Notes: generated by a model not told the origin, from the letters alone. Shown: positions 42,658-54,392, numbered from the stretch's first letter. The stretch: 64,000 nucleotides of DNA from Candidatus Eiseniibacteriota bacterium (GCA_963717505.1 OY970342.1:2144001-2208000), one strand, 5' to 3'. A program made the numbers and translations.

Positions 42658-45600
42658 CTAGCTTGGTGCGCGAAATCGATCAAGCGCCTGGCGCACTTCG
42701 TCGACCTTCCTTGCAACGACGTAATGCCACGTCCCCATGCGGCCGTCGGCGTTCACCGCGGCAACCCAGCGGTGCGCCGCGCCGTCTTGACTTCAGCGAG
42801 GTCGTCGAATCCCTTTGTTTCGACGATCAGATTCGTGTTCAGATCTCCCTCTAGTCGAACGATGAAGTCCGGCACGTAGTCGTGCGGCTGGCCGTTGTGG
42901 ATGTAGGGGATGGCGAAGCCGAGGCCGGCGTTCTTGACGAACGCCTCGACGGACGGGTGCGTGTCGATGATGTAGGCCGCCTGCTGCTCCCACTTCGCTG
43001 GTGTCGGCGACGACGTAGTTCACGTGGCTCTTGACCACCTCGCGCACGTCCTTGCTCGTCCAGAAGTCGACGTCCGCCGTGGAACCAGGTCCGCGGCTGG
43101 TTTCGTAGCGCGGAACCTCGGGCGCTTCGCCCTGCGACGTGTCCGGACGAATGGACTCGACCAGACGCTCGATCGCCCAGCCGTAGTACGGCGACAGGAA
43201 CAGATCCAGACGTTCCGCCGGCTTGATCGGCGTGACCTTCTCTTCGACGTACCGCTCGCACGATGCGGACGAGCTGCGGAAACAGCACGTGCGCGGGCGC
43301 CTCGCACGATCCGCTCTTGACGTACTCGCGCGTGAGGTCGCCGGCCATCTCGAAGACGAGCTCCTGAATTCGCCGACCCGACCGAAATGGGTTGAGGTCG
43401 ACGCGCTGAATCGCTCCCGGGCCGCGTGAGCGATGGGCCGGCCCGGTATTGGTCTGCAGGGAAGCCTTGACCTCGACCTCGGGCGGAATCTTGAACGGAT
43501 CGAGGAACAGCGACGGCACCGACGCCCAGTCCACCGTGACGCGATTGCGGATGGCCTGCGATAGCCTTCGACACGCGGAAAGGTGATCTCGAAATGAGCG
43601 CGCCCAGGCAACGGCGTGCGACATGGTGGCGCTTCTGCGGTCGGCTTCGGTGCGCGGCTGGATTGGCTTTGAATGGAATCACCTGGAACGGCACGCCGAA
43701 GACCTTGGCGACTTCTTCGGTCATCAAGCCGTTGTCGCCGAGCTCGTACGTCCGCCGCCGCAGCCCGCGGCCGACCACCTGCTCGCAGAGCAGCTGCGAC
43801 ATGAACGGCCGCAGCCCGACGATGTGCGTGACGGTGTTGCAGTCCCAGCCTTCGGTGAGCATCCCCACGCAGACGATGCAGCGGATGTCGCGTCCCGGCG
43901 GATGGAGCGGCCGCCCGCGCTTCTCCGCCAGCTCCTCGAATCCCTCCGGATAGATCGGCCGCCCCTGCTGATCGCGTGGCCAGTCGGTTCGGCCAACCGT
44001 GTCGAGCGTGAACCGCATCCACTGCGACCTCGTCGGTCTTCGCGTGTCCGGTGTCGGTCTCGCGCACGACTCGGAGTCCACGCGAATCGTGTTGACGCGA
44101 CCGTCGGCGTTGCGGAAGCCAGCGATCTTCGACGGCGGGATGCCCATCGGCGGCTTGTTCTCGCGCGAGCCACTCGTAGACCACCTTGGCGATCGCGGTG
44201 TTCTTGCAGACGAGGATGAAGACGGGCGGCCGCGGATCGTCCTGTCGACTGCTCCCACACCGCCCGCAACTCTTCCCACAAGCCGCCCAGCATCGTGATG
44301 GGCGTGTTCGCCCACTTCAGGACCGCCTCGGGCTTCGGAGAGCTCTTCTTGCCGCCTCGCTCGGCCGGCGTGAGCTGCGGAAGGATCCAGCGCCAGATGT
44401 TGAAGTAGCCCGGAATCTCCGCGCCGGTCGTGTCGCGCACCGCGAGCTGCGGGATCTTCACGAGGCCCGACTCGATCGCGTCGGTGAGCGCGAAGTCGCT
44501 GACCACCCACGGGAACGGCCGATTCGTTTCCTGACCCACCCTGCCCAGGAAGTACGGCGTCGCCGACAGGTCGACGCAGAAGTTGATGCCGCGCAGCTTC
44601 TGGATGCGATCGAGCCCGTCAATCCAGACGGTCGCCTCCTTGTAGAACTCTTCCGCCTCGTCCTCCTCGCCGAGCAGATCCTCTTCTTCCTCGTCCGGCT
44701 CGTCCTTGCGGATGCGGTAGGCGTGATGCGCCTCGTCGTTCAGGACGAGGATGTTCTGCTTGCCGCCGACCTCGCGACCGAGGATCCGGCTGACGAGCGC
44801 GGTGTCGCTTTCCACGTAGCGATCGCGCGTGACCCGCGCGTGCTTCACGTTGCCGTCGTTGTCCTCTCCTCGTCGATCACCTCAATCAGCCCGAGGCGAT
44901 ACCTGACGACTGTACTCCTCGCTGCGTCAGATAGCGCCGTCCTCGCGCGGTCGTCGTCTTCGGGCCGATGTGGATGATCTCCGGCACCGTCTCGCGGCGG
45001 CCGGCTTTCACGACGCGCCCGCTCACGCCGCCGGCCTGCGACGTCTGCGGCTCGAACACGTGCCAGTTCGTGACGAGCACATGCCCCTGCGTGAGGTCGG
45101 GCATCAGGTGCGGCGGGCACGAGGTCCGCCTTCCGGTAGAGGCTCGCGTCGCCGAGCTCGCGGATCCAGCTCCGCGAGCCGGCTGCGAATCGTCACGTTC
45201 GGGCAGACCACCAGGACCACGTCGGAGAAACGCGCATTCGCTCGGTCGTGGACCTTGTTGAGGATGCTCCACGCCGCGAGCATCCCCATGACGGTCGTCT
45301 TGCCCGAACCCGTCGCCATCTTGCAGGCATAGCGGCGGAAGGCCTTGTAGCCCGCGTTCGGCCTTCTGCTGCTCGCTCGGCTCGTCGAGCGGGATGTCGA
45401 TCCCCTGCGCGAGATCGCGCCGCGCCTCGTTGAGGAAGATGATCGTCTCGACCGCTTCGAGCTGGGCGAAGAAGAACCGGAAGCCGCGACCATCGCGCCG
45501 CCAGTAGTTCAGCAGCTCCAGCGTCGTGCGCGTCACGCCGGGATAACCCGCGGCTCGCCACTCCTTGACGCGGGATCGAATCAGGTTGACGAGCTTCAGC

Positions 45601-45788
45601 TCGATCGCGGTGCCCTTGGGACGCCGCGTGCCGGCGGAATCCTGCGAAAGGGGATCCGGGTAGTAGTAGATCGCGGGCCGGCGACCGGGCCGCTTCTCCG
45701 GCTCGGCTCCCTCTTCGAGACGCCAGTGGTGCGTCGGCTCCTCGAACGGCGAGCAGATGATCGCTTCGGGGACTTCGAAGTCGCTCAT
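42658..45788 (-). CDS. res: Type III restriction enzyme Res subunit (BPTD_3080-like, multiple frameshifts)
   Basis: [38 protein letters not shown] and C-terminal YVPDF...VETKG PD-(D/E)XK nuclease. Confidence 0.9.
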
Positions 45789-47439
45789 CGCCCGAACGCC
45801 CTCACGATCACGTCGAGCGTCTCACGACGTCCGGATGGATCTCCTCCGGCACGCATGACCGCCGCGATCTCGTGGTAGCGGGTGTAGGGCAGCCCGGGCA
45901 GACCCGGCGGCTGACAGGGCCGGCGGCAGGATGCTCCGTTCGCGCCTTCGTGGTGTTGAGATACGCGTGGTTGTCGAGCGGCCGCTCAAGCACTGCCGGC
46001 GGGAGATTCGCCGTCAGGTAGGCGTGCAGGTCGGCGACGTGCGGCGCCGCGGCCGCTTCGCCGACCGTGCGCGCGACGAACCGCGCGAGCGCTTCCGGAT
46101 GGACCAGGTAGCTCTCGATCTCGTACCGCCGCCAGCGCCAGCGCTGAAAGCCGGCACCGGTAATCGGCGCTCGACGGGATCCCTGGATGGCTGTCGCCGT
46201 CGACGAGCTCCAGCGCCGGGATGTCCCGCACCAGCCTCAGCGCGTCGTAGTGATCTCGCGCCTTGATCCCGGGCCTGCCGGGCTGCGTCTCAGCAACGGT
46301 CGGCTTCCAGAACAAGTCGCGGGTCAGCAGGGCCTCGGCCGGGTGCCCGAGCACCCGGGCAAACGCGCGCAGGATCTCCAGATCGGTGTGTCCCTCGAGA
46401 TACGAGCACGCCCGGCGCCTGCAGCGCCCGCATGATGTCATCGTTCGACAGCACCCGCAGCGACTCAATCAGCGCTTCGCGTTCTGCATCGTCGGCCAGC
46501 ATCCGCGGGTCGGTCCAGGAGCACGCACAGCTCGCGCGCATCGACCGAATTGATGATGACTTCGGAATGCGTGGCGATGACGAGCTGCGCGCCTGTCCGC
46601 GCGGCGGTCGACCGCAGCTCGCCGTAGATCGCGTCCTGCAGGATGACGTGCAGGTGCGCGTCGGGCTCGTCGAGCAGCAGCACAGCACCCGGCCGGGTGT
46701 TCAGCATCGTCAAGCAGCATCAGCACCTGCTGGAACCCGCTGCCGGCGCTGGCGATGTCGAAGCGCGGACCGTCCGCCGTGCTGCGGTACTCGGCCACGA
46801 TGTGCGCGCCGGTCGCATCGGGTGGCTCGAGCTCGTAGCCGAACAGCCGCCGAATCGAATCCTGGAGCCGGTCCCACGCAGTCGGACTGGTGCGCCTCGA
46901 CGAGGAGATTCCGGAGCATGTCGCCCGGCTTGCCCTGCCCGAGCAGCTGATCGAGCTTCGGCCGAGTGTAGACCGGTTCATCGATGCCGAGCCCGCTCAT
47001 CGGCGGCACGAACACCGTCGTGAGCCCGGCGCCGCGAACAATCTGCGGGCTCGACCGGCGCGGGCCGCACGTAGATCTGCTCGGTGCTGTCCGCCTCGAG
47101 CTTCATCGGCAGCGTCCAGCCGTCTGTCGTCGATCGTGATCGTGAAGCTCGCCGGTGTACGTCCGGTTCCGCCACAGCAGGTCGAAGGAGCGCAGCGGCA
47201 CGGCCGAGAACGCCTGTCTCGCGATCGGCGCCTTGCGTGTATCCACCGCCGTGCCGCTGGAAGTCGTTGAGCTCCTTCCACCGCGTCAGCGCCAGACTCC
47301 ACGCCGCGATGGCCTGAAGCAGCGTCGTCTTGCCGGAGTTGTTCGGCCCGGCAACGACGATGTGCCCGGGCAGGACGAACTCGACGTCGTCGAACCGCTT
47401 GAACCCCTCGATACGAACCTTGCGAATGGCGGTCGGCAC
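45785..47439 (-). CDS. ABC-type ATPase fused to TOPRIM-like nuclease domain (OLD/DUF4435-like, multiple frameshifts)
   Basis: Walker A GPNNSGKT, signature-like SAGSGFQQ, Walker B LLLDEPDAHLH, H-loop ATHS, then YLEGHTD, VDGD and RYEIESYL. Confidence 0.8.
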
Positions 47440-47449
47440 AGGTACAGCC

Positions 47450-50237
47450 TCAGGGAAGAGGTTTCACGACCAGCAGCTCGTTGCCGCGGTCGTCGATGAC
47501 CTTGACGGCGACCTGCTTGTGCTCGCCCGCCTCGAACGGCGCGCTGCGCGCGCCGGCGAGGTGATCCCAGACGCTCTCGTCGTAGTCCGCCTTGAGCGCC
47601 TTCTTCAGCGAGTCCCACGCCGCCGTGCGCGGGAAGAAGACCTGCGAGGCGCGGAAGCAGAGGCCGTTGTAGTCGGCGTCGAGCATCCAGCACGGCACGT
47701 CGTCTCCGCGGCCGATGCTCGGTCGCCATCGTCATCGGGTCGAACATGTCCAGGCCGACCAGCTCGACTTCGTAGCGCGGCTGGCCTGCTCCTGGCCGAC
47801 TGCTGGCTTCGCCTCGTGGATCTTGACTTCCGGCAGGCCGCAGACGCTGAAGATCTGGCTCGACCGCATGTTCTTGAGCAGGTCGCCCATCATCAGGTCC
47901 GGCGTCGCCTGCACGTAGGTGGCCGGCACCAGGCCCATCTCGGCCGACTTCTCGATCAGCTGTCGCGCGTGCGGCTGGATGGCGAAGCCGATGACGTAGA
48001 GGTGCGTGTAGCTCTTGAGCTGCGCCTCCTGCAGCGCGGCGTGGACGAGCTTCTCGCTGATCGCGCCGTTCTCCGGCCCGAAGACGAACGCGACCGGCTT
48101 CGGCTCGCCGTTCAACGCCACGCCCTCCGCCGACAGCGACAGCGACTTCGCCGGCGGCCGGACGTTGCCCAGCTCGACGGTCTTGCCGCCGCCAACGTGC
48201 AGCACCGGCGACCGGCGCAGCACCTCGATCATCCGGTCGACGAACGAGCCGTACGACTGGACAGACTCGGCGCCCGAGTCCTCGACGCCGTCGCCCTCCC
48301 AGTCGACCGGCGTCGGAATCGTCGCCTCGACGACGAACGGCCCGGAGACCCGGACGAACTTGCCGTCGAGCTCCGGTCGATCGACGAGGACTTCCTCGTC
48401 AGGCGGCTCATTGTTCGCGATGCTCTTCAGCGTGACGTGCGGGACGATGCCGCCGACCTCCTCGCCCTTGCTGTTCTGCTTGCGCTTGTAGACGAACCCG
48501 CCCGCCGGCCCGCGCGCCGGCTCCTTCAGCTCGTAGTAAGTGAAAGGTCGCGGTCAGCAGCCGCTGGCGGGCGAGCGCCAGCGGCACGCGGCTCGTGTCG
48601 ATCGTGATCCAGCGCCGGCCCCACTGCTCGGCGACGTAGGCCGTCGTCCCGCTGCCGCAGGTCGGATCGAGCACGAGATCGCCGGGGTCGGTGGTCATCA
48701 GCAGGCAGCGCTGCGACGACTTCGCGCGATGTCTGAACGACGTACAGCTTGGTCCGTTGACGCACTCGCCTGTGTCAGTCCACATGTTGTTCAGCGTCCG
48801 CGACTGGAAAATCGTCGAAGTATCGCTTGAACATCGAGTCGTGAGTTCGCCCGATCGAAACGATTCTAGCTGCTCGCAGCCGTTGCAGCATCCTTCGGGT
48901 TTGGTCTTCCAATGCTGTTGTCTCCGGGGTGCATACTGATCCCGTCACCGAAGTCGATCGCAACAGGTCAGCTGTCTCGGACGCCGTCCGGCGACAGCGC
49001 GGATGTCTGTCGAAACACGCTCGCGCCCTCTGGCAAGCAGCCGTGGCCAGTCGTCTCATCGCTCGGTCAGTTTCTGCGCACGTAGCCGTTCGCGAGCTCA
49101 GCCACAGATACTCGTCGACACTCGCCGCCGAGCTGCCTTCTCGACGTAGAGCTGGCCGGAACTTCACGTCGGTCCGTGTCTCGCGCGTACCAGAGGAGGT
49201 AGTCGCAATCGCTAGGCAGCGTCAGTCGCTGGCTGGCCGCAGTCGTCTTGCTGAAGGTGATCTGACGCAACGAAATTCTCCGCCCCGAACACCTCGTCCA
49301 TCAACTCCCGCACGTGATGCAGGTTCTCATCGCTGATCTGCACGAAGACGCTGCCGCTCGGCGTGAGCAGCTCGCGCGCGAGGAGCAGCCGGTCGCGCAT
49401 GTACGTGAGGTACGAGTGCAGGCCCAGCTCCCACGTGTCGCGGTAGGCCTTCACCATCTCCGGCTCGCGCGTCAGGTCCTCGTCGTCGCCGTGCGAGACG
49501 TCGCGCTTGCGCACGAACGGCTGGAAGTTGCTGCCGAACTTCACGCCGTACGGCGGGTCGATGTAGATCATCTGCACCTGGCCGCCGAGGCGCTCGTAGT
49601 GCAGGAGCGAGTTCATCACGACGAGCGAGTCGCCGAGGATCAGGCGGTTCACCCACTTGTCCGGATACTCGTAGGCCTTGAGCACCTGGTCGGTGATCGA
49701 GTGCCGCGGGATCGCCGAGCAGCTCCCAGAAGTCGGTCTGCTTGTCGCGCTTGTGGCCGACGAGCGTTTCGACGATGGCCTTGGTCGAGAGGCGCTCGTG
49801 CACGAAGAGCGGCAGCGTCGGCACGTCGAAGGACAGGCGCTCGGCCTTGCCGGTCCAGTTGAGGAACGGGCGGCCCAGGCGCTTGAGCTGATCGACCGCC
49901 TCCTGGAGCGAGCGCACCGAGACGACGCACGCGGCCGTCGGCGTGTCTTGAACTCGGCGGGAGAGGGAAGCACGTGCGGCGCCGGCAGCGCGGCGGCCCG
50001 CTCGATCACGCCGAGCAGCCATTCGCCCAACTCGCGGGCGCCGTTGCCGCCGTCCCAGTCGAGCGCGGGCGAGAGCGACGAGTCGTAGCGGTAGGTCTGT
50101 GGCGGCTTCTTCTTTCGGAACTGCGCCTGCGTGCCCACCTCGGGCCGCATGAGCAGCGTCTGATCCGGATGCGTGTAGCCTTCGGCGACTTTGCCGGCAC
50201 CGCTCTTCGCTGGCTTCCTTCCCTTGGATTTCGCCAT
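47450..50237 (-). CDS. mod: Type III R-M DNA methyltransferase Mod subunit (multiple frameshifts)
   Basis: [16 protein letters not shown] catalytic motif, [13 protein letters not shown] motif and C-terminal [11 protein letters not shown]. Confidence 0.92.
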
Positions 50238-50617
50238 CTGGCGCGCGATCTTAGCAGACGGAGCGACACGCTCGCCCTAGTCCTCCAAGTCGCGGTCTAG
50301 AGAAGCTCGTTCCGCTCGTCGCCGAGATCAGCCGACGGTGGCTACACCGGATCGGCCCCCGCCCCGCGGCGTCGATGCCCAGCCGGCGCTCGGACCGGTT
50401 GGCGGCAGATCCAGTAACCGAGATGGCCACTCCACGATCTACGACCGGATTCGCGATCAAATGGCGTTGACGCGGGTGCGGGTCTCGAACTCTCGGGATT
50501 ACACCGGGTGCAGCCTGAGCGACACATGGCGGGACGGAACGCTGCCAGCTACTTTGATCCGGCGCTGAGGAGTGCGCGAGGGCGAGCATCAAGGGCTGGA
50601 TCATGGGGATCAGGTAG

Positions 50618-50759
50618 TAGAGCCACTTCAGTTGAGGGCCAGGATCGTGAGGCCTCTTCATTTATCCCCGCCTACGCTAGTAATGCGCCCGGTTGCGCCC
50701 CCGCAAACAAAGGAGCCCTAATGACGCCAGAATGCCCAACCTCTCAAGGTCCTCCTTCG
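50618..50759 (+). repeat. Degenerate chimeric copy of the Fic leader (about 59917-60052) fused to the DUF2779 gene start (62065-62094)
   Basis: By-eye alignment. The last 30 nt match the DUF2779 start at 26/30. Confidence 0.8.
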
Positions 50760-50807
50760 CAGCATTCACGGCGTGAATAGCGCTCGGCGGCGCCCCAAAA
50801 TCCGGGA

Positions 50808-50862
50808 TTGACTGGCCCTTCGCCCATGTGCTAAATATCCAGCACATGCAGGAATTCTAGCA
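50808..50862 (+). promoter_or_regulatory. Putative sigma70 promoter with inverted-repeat operators for the blaI-like gene
   Basis: TTGACT at 50808, CATGTGCT-N8-AGCACATG (50825-50848) and an adjacent TGCAG..TAGCA repeat. Confidence 0.6.
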
Positions 50863-50873
50863 GGAGGCGCGTC

Positions 50874-51257
50874 GTGAAAATTCTCCGATCCCTGAGCCGT
50901 CGCGAGCGGGAGATGATGGACATCGTCTTCGCCGCGGGCCGCGTGACCGCCGGCGAGGTGCGCGAGCGCATGGCCGCCCCGCCCAGCTACTCCGCAGTGC
51001 GCGCGACGTTGAGCATCCTCGAGCGCAAGGGCATTCTGACCCATGACCACGAGGGCAAGCGCTACGTCTACCGTGCCACCGTCGGGCGCGAGCAAGCGAG
51101 GCGCCGCGCGCTCGACCACCTGCTGGCGACGTTCTTCGATGGTTCCGCCGCCGGGGCGGTAGTGACCTTGCTCGAGCGGCGCGGGGCTTCTCTTTCGGAC
51201 GAGGACCTCGACCGCATGGAGCGCATGATCGCGCGCGCGCGCCGGGAGGGCCGGTAA
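50874..51257 (+). CDS. BlaI/MecI/CopY family repressor
   Basis: LSRREREMMDIV...SYSAVRATLSILERKG...TFFDGS. Confidence 0.93.
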   Translation: MKILRSLSRREREMMDIVFAAGRVTAGEVRERMAAPPSYSAVRATLSILERKGILTHDHEGKRYVYRATVGREQARRRALDHLLATFFDGSAAGAVVTLLERRGASLSDEDLDRMERMIARARREGR

Positions 51258-53650
51258 TGGAACCCCTGGCAACCGCCGTCTGGACCTGGGTCCTGCAACT
51301 CACCTGGGTCGATCTTGCGTGGTTCTTGATTCGGGTGACGCTGGTCGCGCTTCTCGCGCACCTGGCACTCGCTCTCGCCGCACGCGCCTCGTCCGCGACG
51401 CGGCACCACATCGCCTCGACTGCGCTGCTGGTGCTCGTCCTGTTGCCGGCGGCAACCGTGATTCTGCCGACGTGGCCGCTTCCGATCCTGCCGCCTGAGC
51501 GGCGTTTGGCTGTGTTGGCGCAAGCGGCGACGAGCCCTGTGTCGTCGGTCGAGCCCGTGAACGGAGCGGCCGAGGCACCGGCTGCCATCGAGTCGGTCAC
51601 CCCGAAGTCGAGGAGTGCTGCTCCCGGCGCGACTCCACGTCTCATCCTGGACGAATCCCTTGCGCCGCTGCCCGTGATTTCCCCGATGCCTCGGTCAGCG
51701 CACCCGCTCGATGGCGCCCGTCCGCGCAGCACCCCACCGATACCGGCGCCAGCCGCAGTTCTGCTGGCGGTGCTGCTCGTGACGGCCGGTTTGCTGCTCC
51801 GCTCCGCGATTTGCTTTGGCCTGGCCGCCAGGCTGGCTCGGCGCGCCACCGTCGTCGCCGACCCGGCGCTTCGGCGCGAGTTCGAGCGAGCCCGCGAGAT
51901 GCTCGCCGTGCGGCGTCCGGTCGAGCTCAAGATGAGCGCTGGCGTCGCGGTCCCGGCGATCATCGGCTTCGCCCGGCCGTCGCTCGTGCTGCCGGTTTCG
52001 GCATCGACCTGGGATCTCGAGCAACTGCACGCCGTATTTCTCCATGAGCTGGCACATGTTCGACGCCAGGATGCGCTCGCCGTGATGTTGGCGTCCGTCG
52101 CGACTGCGATCTATTGGCTCCATCCGTTGGTGCGTTCCCTGGCGCGCGAGGCTCGGCGCGAGGCCGAGCGCGCTTGCGACGATGAGGTGCTCGAATGCGG
52201 CGTCCGCCCGTCGGCCTATGCGGGGCACTTGCTCCAAATCGCTCGCGTCGCGACCGCGCGCGACCCGCTGGACGGCGTGATGCTGGCGGTCGCCCAACGG
52301 TCGAGCCTCGAGAAACGGCTGCTGTCGATCCTCGAGCCCGGCTTCAAGCGCGAGCGCCTCACTGCCCGCACGTTGGCGGCGGTGGTCGCCGTTGCCGTGG
52401 CCTGTCTGGTGCCGATCGCCGCGGTCCAGGTCATCGCGGGGCCATCCGCGAAACACGAGACGCAGGCGGCGCCACCCGCTAATCAAGAGACGCCGGCGGC
52501 GCCATCCGCGAAACACAAGACGCAACCGTCGCCCGTTGCCGAACGATTCGACGACTCGGAGGGCGCAGCGCGGTCTGGAGAAGAGTGGTACTCAGAAGCG
52601 CGCTCGCACTACAACGGCGAGAGCTACAATGCGGCCGGCAACGCCTACGAAAACGCCGCGGAGGCCGGCTACCGGCGCCCGATGGCGCTCTACAATGCGG
52701 CCTGCAGCTATGCGCTCGATGGCCAGCGCCTGCGGGCGATCGGGGCGATCGAGGCTGCCATCTCGGCGGGCTTCCGGGATGTGGGACTGCTATCGCGGGA
52801 CTCGGACCTGGAGAGCATTCGTTCGGACCCGAGGTTCGTGCTGATGATGCGGGGTCTCGAGTACATGGAATCCGATGTCGAGTACGCGGAGCGCACGCCC
52901 GCGCCGGTGGCCCCCGCGCCGATGTCGCCCACGCCGGTGCCGCCCACTCCGATGTCGCCCGCGCCGGTGCCGCCCGCGCCCGTGGCGCCCGCGCCGGTGG
53001 CCGCCAAGGCGGTCGAGGCCGAGCTGGTGCACGAGCCCAGTGCGAGCGGGCTCTACAACCTGGCCTGCGCCCGAGCGCTGTCCGGCGATGTACCTGGCGC
53101 CCTTTCCGCGCTCGAGAAATCCGTTCATGCCGGATTCGGCAGCGCCGACCACATGGTCGAGGACGACGATTTGGCGTCGCTCCGCGGTGAGCCGGAATTC
53201 CGGCGACTCGTGCAGCTCACTCGCGACCTCCAATACTACGAACCCGGCACCAAAGACGAGGATCCGTCTTCCTGGCGCAAGTCGGTGACGCGCCTCGAGC
53301 GTGTTGCCCGCGAGCATCCGGACCTTGGACGCGCCTGGTTCAGCCTTGGCTTCGCCCGGCTCCGCGCGGGCGATGCGCAAGGCAGTGGCCAGGCATTCGC
53401 GCGCGCGCTCGAACTGGGCCACCGTCCGCCGACCACGATGTACAACCTGGGCTGCGCCGCGGCGCAGGCCGGCGATCGGGACGCGGCCATCGACTGGCTC
53501 GAGCGTGCCGAGGTGGCCGGCTTCGATCTCGAGATCGCGTTGAAAGACGGCGACCTCGATCCGCTCCGCTCGGACCCGCGGTTCAAGGCACTGCTCGATC
53601 GTGTGCGGCAGCAGAATGAGAAAGAGAAGCTGAGCGCCAAGAAGCACTAG
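51257..53650 (+). CDS. BlaR1-like M56 metallopeptidase with TPR-type C-terminal sensor region
   Basis: TM helices, HELAHVRR.D, WLHPL and EAERACD, followed by three YN.(A/G)C...D.DL..(L/I)R..P.F TPR modules. Confidence 0.92.
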   Translation: MEPLATAVWTWVLQLTWVDLAWFLIRVTLVALLAHLALALAARASSATRHHIASTALLVLVLLPAATVILPTWPLPILPPERRLAVLAQAATSPVSSVEPVNGAAEAPAAIESVTPKSRSAAPGATPRLILDESLAPLPVISPMPRSAHPLDGARPRSTPPIPAPAAVLLAVLLVTAGLLLRSAICFGLAARLARRATVVADPALRREFERAREMLAVRRPVELKMSAGVAVPAIIGFARPSLVLPVSASTWDLEQLHAVFLHELAHVRRQDALAVMLASVATAIYWLHPLVRSLAREARREAERACDDEVLECGVRPSAYAGHLLQIARVATARDPLDGVMLAVAQRSSLEKRLLSILEPGFKRERLTARTLAAVVAVAVACLVPIAAVQVIAGPSAKHETQAAPPANQETPAAPSAKHKTQPSPVAERFDDSEGAARSGEEWYSEARSHYNGESYNAAGNAYENAAEAGYRRPMALYNAACSYALDGQRLRAIGAIEAAISAGFRDVGLLSRDSDLESIRSDPRFVLMMRGLEYMESDVEYAERTPAPVAPAPMSPTPVPPTPMSPAPVPPAPVAPAPVAAKAVEAELVHEPSASGLYNLACARALSGDVPGALSALEKSVHAGFGSADHMVEDDDLASLRGEPEFRRLVQLTRDLQYYEPGTKDEDPSSWRKSVTRLERVAREHPDLGRAWFSLGFARLRAGDAQGSGQAFARALELGHRPPTTMYNLGCAAAQAGDRDAAIDWLERAEVAGFDLEIALKDGDLDPLRSDPRFKALLDRVRQQNEKEKLSAKKH
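52441..52530 (+). repeat. 3 x 30-bp in-frame tandem repeat in the M56 linker
   Basis: GCCA(T/C)CCGC(G/T)AA...AGACGC units at 52441, 52471 and 52501. Confidence 0.85.
52895..53002 (+). repeat. About 7 x 15-bp Pro-rich tandem repeat in the M56 protein
   Basis: Encodes PAPVA/PAPMS/PTPVP units. Confidence 0.8.
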
Positions 53651-53684
53651 GTGTGGCTGGCGGGGCACTAATAAGAAGAGAGCC

Positions 53685-53728
53685 TTGACCGTACCCAGAA
53701 TGGGTACTATCGTACCCAATATGGGAAC
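53685..53728 (+). promoter_or_regulatory. Promoter with two TACCCA-N3-TGGG(T/A)A operators, MNT copy 1
   Basis: TTGACC-17bp-TATCGT with palindromes at 53691-53707 and 53712-53728. Confidence 0.8.
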
Positions 53729-54365
53729 GAAGTTCGCGGCCCCGAAAACCGCCAAGAGGCCAGCCCGCAAACGAAAGCAGCTACGCCTCGCGGACGCACT
53801 GTTCTCGAAGGTCCAGCAGCGCGTGCTCGGCGTCCTCTTCGGGAACCCCGGCCGGAGCTTCTTCGCGAAGCAGATCATCCGCCTGGCGGAATCGGGGACC
53901 GGCGCGGTGCAGCGCGAACTCACCAGCCTCTCTGGCTCCGGCCTGGTCACCGTCAAAGAGCTAGGCAAGCAGAAGCACTACCAGGCCAACCCGGATTCTC
54001 CTCTGTTCGAGGAACTGTGCCGGCTCGCACTCAAGACATTCGGGCTGGCCGACGTCTTGCGGGAAGCGCTCGAGCCCATGGCTCCCGAGATTCGTGTGGC
54101 GTTCGTCTACGGCTCGATCGCCAAGGGCACCAACACGGCCTCGAGCGACGTCGACGTCCTGGTGATCAGCGAAACCATTGCCCATGCCGATCTCGTCGCG
54201 GCGCTCGAAGGCGCTTCCAAGCGCCTCGGGCGTAAGCTTGCTCCGACCGTCTATTCGTCGAAGGAGTTCAAGACGCGACTGAGTCAGGGGAACGTCTTCG
54301 TCAAGAGCATCCTGGCTCAGCCCAAGTTTTGGCTGATCGGCGACGAGAGTGTCCTCGCCGCTTGA
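53721..54365 (+). CDS. wHTH-fused minimal nucleotidyltransferase (MNT) antitoxin, copy 1
   Basis: ALFSKVQQRVLGVLF wHTH and YGSIAKG....SDVD. Confidence 0.88.
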   Translation: MGTKFAAPKTAKRPARKRKQLRLADALFSKVQQRVLGVLFGNPGRSFFAKQIIRLAESGTGAVQRELTSLSGSGLVTVKELGKQKHYQANPDSPLFEELCRLALKTFGLADVLREALEPMAPEIRVAFVYGSIAKGTNTASSDVDVLVISETIAHADLVAALEGASKRLGRKLAPTVYSSKEFKTRLSQGNVFVKSILAQPKFWLIGDESVLAA

Positions 54366-54392
54366 GGGGAGCCAGAAGCGCCCTCGCTAGCC

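Noticed and set aside
47450-50237. Phase-variable mod gene (phasevarion)
   Set aside because: No simple-sequence repeat tract seen. Frameshifts are scattered, as in adjacent genes.
50250-50610. Small ORFs between mod and blaI
   Set aside because: No RBS or motif support. They look like degraded intergenic sequence.
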